From contig CBDBHR010000029.1 in the NCBI GenBank assembly GCA_965205865.1, forward strand, positions 448,001 through 512,000: 64,000 bases of DNA. The letters are read 5' to 3'. This stretch comes from a bacterium (lineage in GTDB: Bacteria > SAR324 > NAC60-12). Below are positions 60,571 through 64,000 of the stretch, piece after piece (the stretch's first letter is position 1; every line of letters starts with the position of its first letter). The notes below the pieces were generated by a model, which saw only the letters and a program-made list of their open reading frames with translations, did not search any database and was not told the DNA's origin. Position numbers and translations under genes: made by a program.

Positions 60571-61830
60571 TTAAGCCAGGAATGGGATGGTCATGGGGCC
60601 TTCCGGCAAGACGGCGACAGGGGCGTCCTCACCGAGTTGACCAATTTCCTTTGCAATAAAGGCATTGATGTCTTCGATGGGCTCCATATGCGCGCGTTGC
60701 ACCTCCCCGGCATCGAGATCACTATAGACGGCCACGCGGGCCTTCAACAGAATGAGCGACAAAAGTTGATTTTGCCACTGGTCGGGTTTTTGGAATGGAG
60801 GGGTATGCAATGCTTCGAGAAATGCTTTGGGCGCGTAGTCGAAGAGCATCTGGCGAAAGCTGCCATGATTGGGGAAACCGTCATTGCAACGCGCCGCCAT
60901 GATGATCAATCCACCAGGCGCAACGATCTGCGCGGCGGCAGACATGCCTTTCACCGATTGATAAAGATTTTGATCCAGGGGGAAGCCACTGTTGCTGGTG
61001 ATCACCACCGGATACTGCCGGGAACAGGAAACCATGGCAGTTGATTTGGCAAAACGACAACCTTCTTGATGGGCTAGCGAAACGTTTCCACAAAAAAAAC
61101 GGGTGATCCGCTGTTGGTGATTCAAGGTTACGTTGATACAGAAATCAATAGGAATCAATGATCCATAACGCTGGATTTGCTCCTGGGTTGGATTATTTTC
61201 CAGCACGCCCCAAGTGCTGCGAGGGTCTTGAATCACTGAGGCGCGGTGATAATGTTGAATGGAGGCAATGTCGGCAATACCGGGAAACACGGCTTTGAAT
61301 CCTCCGGAAAATCCGGCCATGAAATGCGGTTCGATGAATCCCATGATGATCCGTTTATCGGCCTGCGCATAGTTTTTGTTCATCAATATGGGATAACCCC
61401 CTTCTCGTTTGCCGACCTCCTGTAAAGTGGAGGGATCGAAACCATTGTGATTGACCACCAGATATTGCCTCGCCACTTTTTTGCCGACCATCGCTTCAAT
61501 CTCATCGGGCGTGTTTTGACGATGGGTGCCCGTCCCGAGAACGATGGTGAAATTTTCCGCGGGGACGTGATGCAGTTCCTCGAATAACCAGGGAAGCAGT
61601 CGCTCCGATGGCAAGGCGCGTGTGATGTCCGGGATGACGACAGCTACTTTATCGTCTGCAGCGATCAATTTCCTCAGGGGGGCGCTGCCGATGGGATCCG
61701 CAACCGCTTTCTTGAATGCCCGAGCTTCATCTGGCAAGCCTGGAATGAACTGCGGACGGATTTCCCTCACCTGCTCGCTGGGAATCGTCACTTCGATGCT
61801 TTCTTTGCCATAAGGAAGTTGCGCCTTCAT
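60571..61830 (-). CDS. larA: Nickel-pincer-dependent lactate racemase family (LarA)
   Basis: VVIPDITR, GTGTHR, NH, PHFMAGFSGGFK, NLYQSVK. Confidence 0.85.
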   Translation of the reverse strand: MKAQLPYGKESIEVTIPSEQVREIRPQFIPGLPDEARAFKKAVADPIGSAPLRKLIAADDKVAVVIPDITRALPSERLLPWLFEELHHVPAENFTIVLGTGTHRQNTPDEIEAMVGKKVARQYLVVNHNGFDPSTLQEVGKREGGYPILMNKNYAQADKRIIMGFIEPHFMAGFSGGFKAVFPGIADIASIQHYHRASVIQDPRSTWGVLENNPTQEQIQRYGSLIPIDFCINVTLNHQQRITRFFCGNVSLAHQEGCRFAKSTAMVSCSRQYPVVITSNSGFPLDQNLYQSVKGMSAAAQIVAPGGLIIMAARCNDGFPNHGSFRQMLFDYAPKAFLEALHTPPFQKPDQWQNQLLSLILLKARVAVYSDLDAGEVQRAHMEPIEDINAFIAKEIGQLGEDAPVAVLPEGPMTIPFLA

Positions 61831-62204
61831 CTTCGTTCTCCTTTTTCTTTCAAGACTTCTTCCAGTTTGAGAAATGCGTCCCATGCTGCAGGAAAACCGG
61901 CGTAAACGGCAACCTGCATCAATGCTTCAAAAATCTCATCGATGGTGGCTCCATTGTTGAGCGCCATTTCAAAGTTGAGTTTGAGGGCATTGTTGCGACC
62001 GAGGGCGGCCAAAATACCGATACTGCACAAAGAGCGGGTTTTCAGGTCAATGCCCTCTCTGGTCCAGAAACGCCCTCCGACGACTGCAACCACTTCCTTC
62101 TCGAAATCCGGGCAAACGGATTGGAAGCGCGCGATCAGTTGGTCGATCCGCTCATTGCCCAGCATTTTTCTGAATTGTTCCAATCCGCGTTCGTAATCAT
62201 TCAT
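61827..62204 (-). CDS. Carboxymuconolactone decarboxylase family protein
   Basis: W.R.G.D.KTRSL....LAALG....HF-like, ALNNG.T..EI.E...Q..VYAGFP. Confidence 0.88.
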   Translation of the reverse strand: MNDYERGLEQFRKMLGNERIDQLIARFQSVCPDFEKEVVAVVGGRFWTREGIDLKTRSLCSIGILAALGRNNALKLNFEMALNNGATIDEIFEALMQVAVYAGFPAAWDAFLKLEEVLKEKGERR

Positions 62205-62235
62205 CTTTGCATTCCTTTGGGAAACCCTATCATTT

Positions 62236-63491
62236 TTATGCTTCGAATAAAAGCGCCGGTTTTGCTATATGGATCAGCCGTGCCCAACTCGCGCTGGCTT
62301 TAGCCTTTCCTTTGATCTTTTCCCTCTCCATTGGGCTCTCTCCTCTTTTTTCTTTTCTCTCCTTGCCTCGATAAGAACTGCTATAGATGCCATAATAATA
62401 AGTGATCGTTTCGTAGGGTGAGGGAAGATGGCCCTGCCAAAAGAGCCATAAACTCAAAGACTTCGTAATGGGCCTTCTTGGCGGAGGACATTTTGTTTTG
62501 TTTCTCATAAATTGTTACGGTGTTCTCCTCGGGATTATACTCCACTCTCTCTACGGAGATAGCCGCTCGGCTCATATATCTCGCAATTTTTTCAATACGA
62601 TCCCCATTGGCCCCATTTATTTTTTGTTCACTATGGACCTGAAAACCGGAGTTATACTGTGAACGGATGATTTCTTCATTTTTGTCATCCTGAGGGAACC
62701 GAAGGATCTTCTTGATTCCCATGAGATTCTTGCTTAGGCAGCCCCCTTAGCTCGGAATGACAGGTCTTTTGAAAAGTGAAATTTAAACCCGTTTAGAGTA
62801 TATGATTCCAGGACATCAACAGGTCGATGATTTCCTGGGTGATGATTTCCTGTTTGAATAAGATTGCCAACAGTCTTGCTCTGAATAGTTGTGCTATCAC
62901 ATCGGTAGAAATGGTAAACGGTTGGTAGAATGTATCGTCTTTGAGAATTCCAGCAAGAACCAGCGCATGGATGTGAGGATGAAAGTTGAAGAGAGAACCG
63001 TAGGATTGAATACAAAAGATGCCACCAGTATATTCGTCCTTCATGCCTAAGGTTTCGTGAAAATATTGTTTGATGGCAAAATTGGCACTTTGGATCAGCA
63101 ATTTTAGTAGTTTTCTGTTTCTGCGGAAATAGCCTCTCAATAATTTAGGGATCGTAAAGGTTATATGAAGGTGAGGAAACGGCTTGACGATTTCGCGGAC
63201 TTTCTCTGAAAACAGGATCGATCTTTTGGTCGCGCAACTGGGACAGATCATTCTTTTTTTGCAGGAAAACGCCACAAAAAAGTCGGTTCCACATTCACAC
63301 CTCACCCGAGCTACTCCGTTCTCAGGAATCCCACAGTCCAGATACGCGTAAATGGCTGACATGACATCTTTTCTTAGGTAGCCATAATCCTCCTCAAAGA
63401 GTTCCGGATAGTTCCTTTCAAACGCTTCAAAGTTGGCTTCAAGAATGCGATTGTATTCTGTTCTTTCCGGGTGTCTTCTCTTGTATATCAA
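62236..63491 (-). pseudogene. IS91-family (rolling-circle) transposase, disrupted
   Basis: Zn finger C.C...SCKKR..CPSC, H.TFTIP, HPHIH (HUH), WARLI; split by a MITE and a frameshift. Confidence 0.85.
62655..62800. mobile_element. 146-bp MITE with a TA target duplication, carrying a REP-like palindrome
   Basis: TIR TACTGTGAACGG / CCGTTTAGAGTA; removing it restores SWNHNSGF in the IS91 transposase; internal GTCATCCTGAG...CTCGGAATGAC. Confidence 0.85.
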
Positions 63492-63619
63492 GACATCATC
63501 CTCTTCAGTTAGCTAGATCCTAGCCGAAAAGGTATTTTTTAGAATTATATCTTTAACTTGAGGTTAAAAAGTGCCATAATTCATTGAAATAACTGTGAAT
63601 AACTTCAATATTAAGAATT

Positions 63620-64000
63620 ATGGCACCCAAAATGAAACCATTCATTCGAGCAGAAAAACATCTTATTTTAAGCGCTCCTGATACAGAATTTGAAAATTTC
63701 TTATCAGAACTTGATCAATTGTCTGAGCGAGAGCCGGAGATATTGGACAAAATTGAACAGGATTTGGAGAAATACGCAAGAAATAAAAAGAAAGAGCGTT
63801 TAGAGGATAAACGATGGCAGGAAGCCCGGAATCCATGGCTTCCTCATCTTCCCGTAGAAGATGAGGAATTGAAGCCGGAAGAACTGAGGCTGGAAATAGG
63901 GTGTCCTCGGATGTCGGCTTTTTTAGTCTACCTTTTTATGATGATTCGGGGATATTTAGGAAGTATCAAATCCCAAACGGCCCAAATATTTCTTTCAGAG
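63620..64000 (+). CDS. Probable transposase (ISNCY/IS5-like), cut off by the window edge
   Basis: Open frame MAPKMKPF...IEQDL...GCPRMSAFLVYLF..RG; candidate end GATCCTAGCCGAAAA at ~63516. Confidence 0.6.
   Translation, partial: MAPKMKPFIRAEKHLILSAPDTEFENFLSELDQLSEREPEILDKIEQDLEKYARNKKKERLEDKRWQEARNPWLPHLPVEDEELKPEELRLEIGCPRMSAFLVYLFMMIRGYLGSIKSQTAQIFLSE

Overview
A bacterial chromosomal window. The backbone looks moderately AT-rich and deltaproteobacterial in style; that affiliation is inference only. About 0-9 kb is housekeeping: ftsW, a double-HTH XRE regulator, murG, an RNase II-family gene, rpmH-rnpA-yidD-yidC and folE. About 9-38 kb is an accessory zone. It has three complete IS elements with readable TIRs and TSDs (IS5, IS1595, IS1380), several MITEs and REP-like palindromes, a 1.47-kb duplicated Uma2-endonuclease/promoter/signal-peptide block and TA modules. 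It also holds four GC-richer family-5 (Opp/Dpp/Nik-type) ABC binding-protein cassettes; a fifth lies at 44.5-48.3 kb. None of the five cassettes carries an ATPase gene. About 39-50 kb holds a frameshifted icmF, rbgA, an MFS exporter and a DUF1697 gene. About 50-60 kb is a defence island. A type III R-M operon has five genes nested between mod and res: a STAS-GHKL kinase/STAS/PIN triad and an HTH-ImmA/DUF4411 pair. A HEPN-MNT pair lies upstream of mod. The window ends with a G-domain-less YchF-like gene, larA, a CMD-family gene, an IS91-like pseudogene and a partial transposase. The best candidates for an undescribed system are (1) the kinase-STAS-PIN triad coupled to the type III Mod, and (2) the conserved structured leaders and shared signal peptides in front of divergent binding-protein bodies. 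All calls come from motif recognition by eye; no database searches were run.
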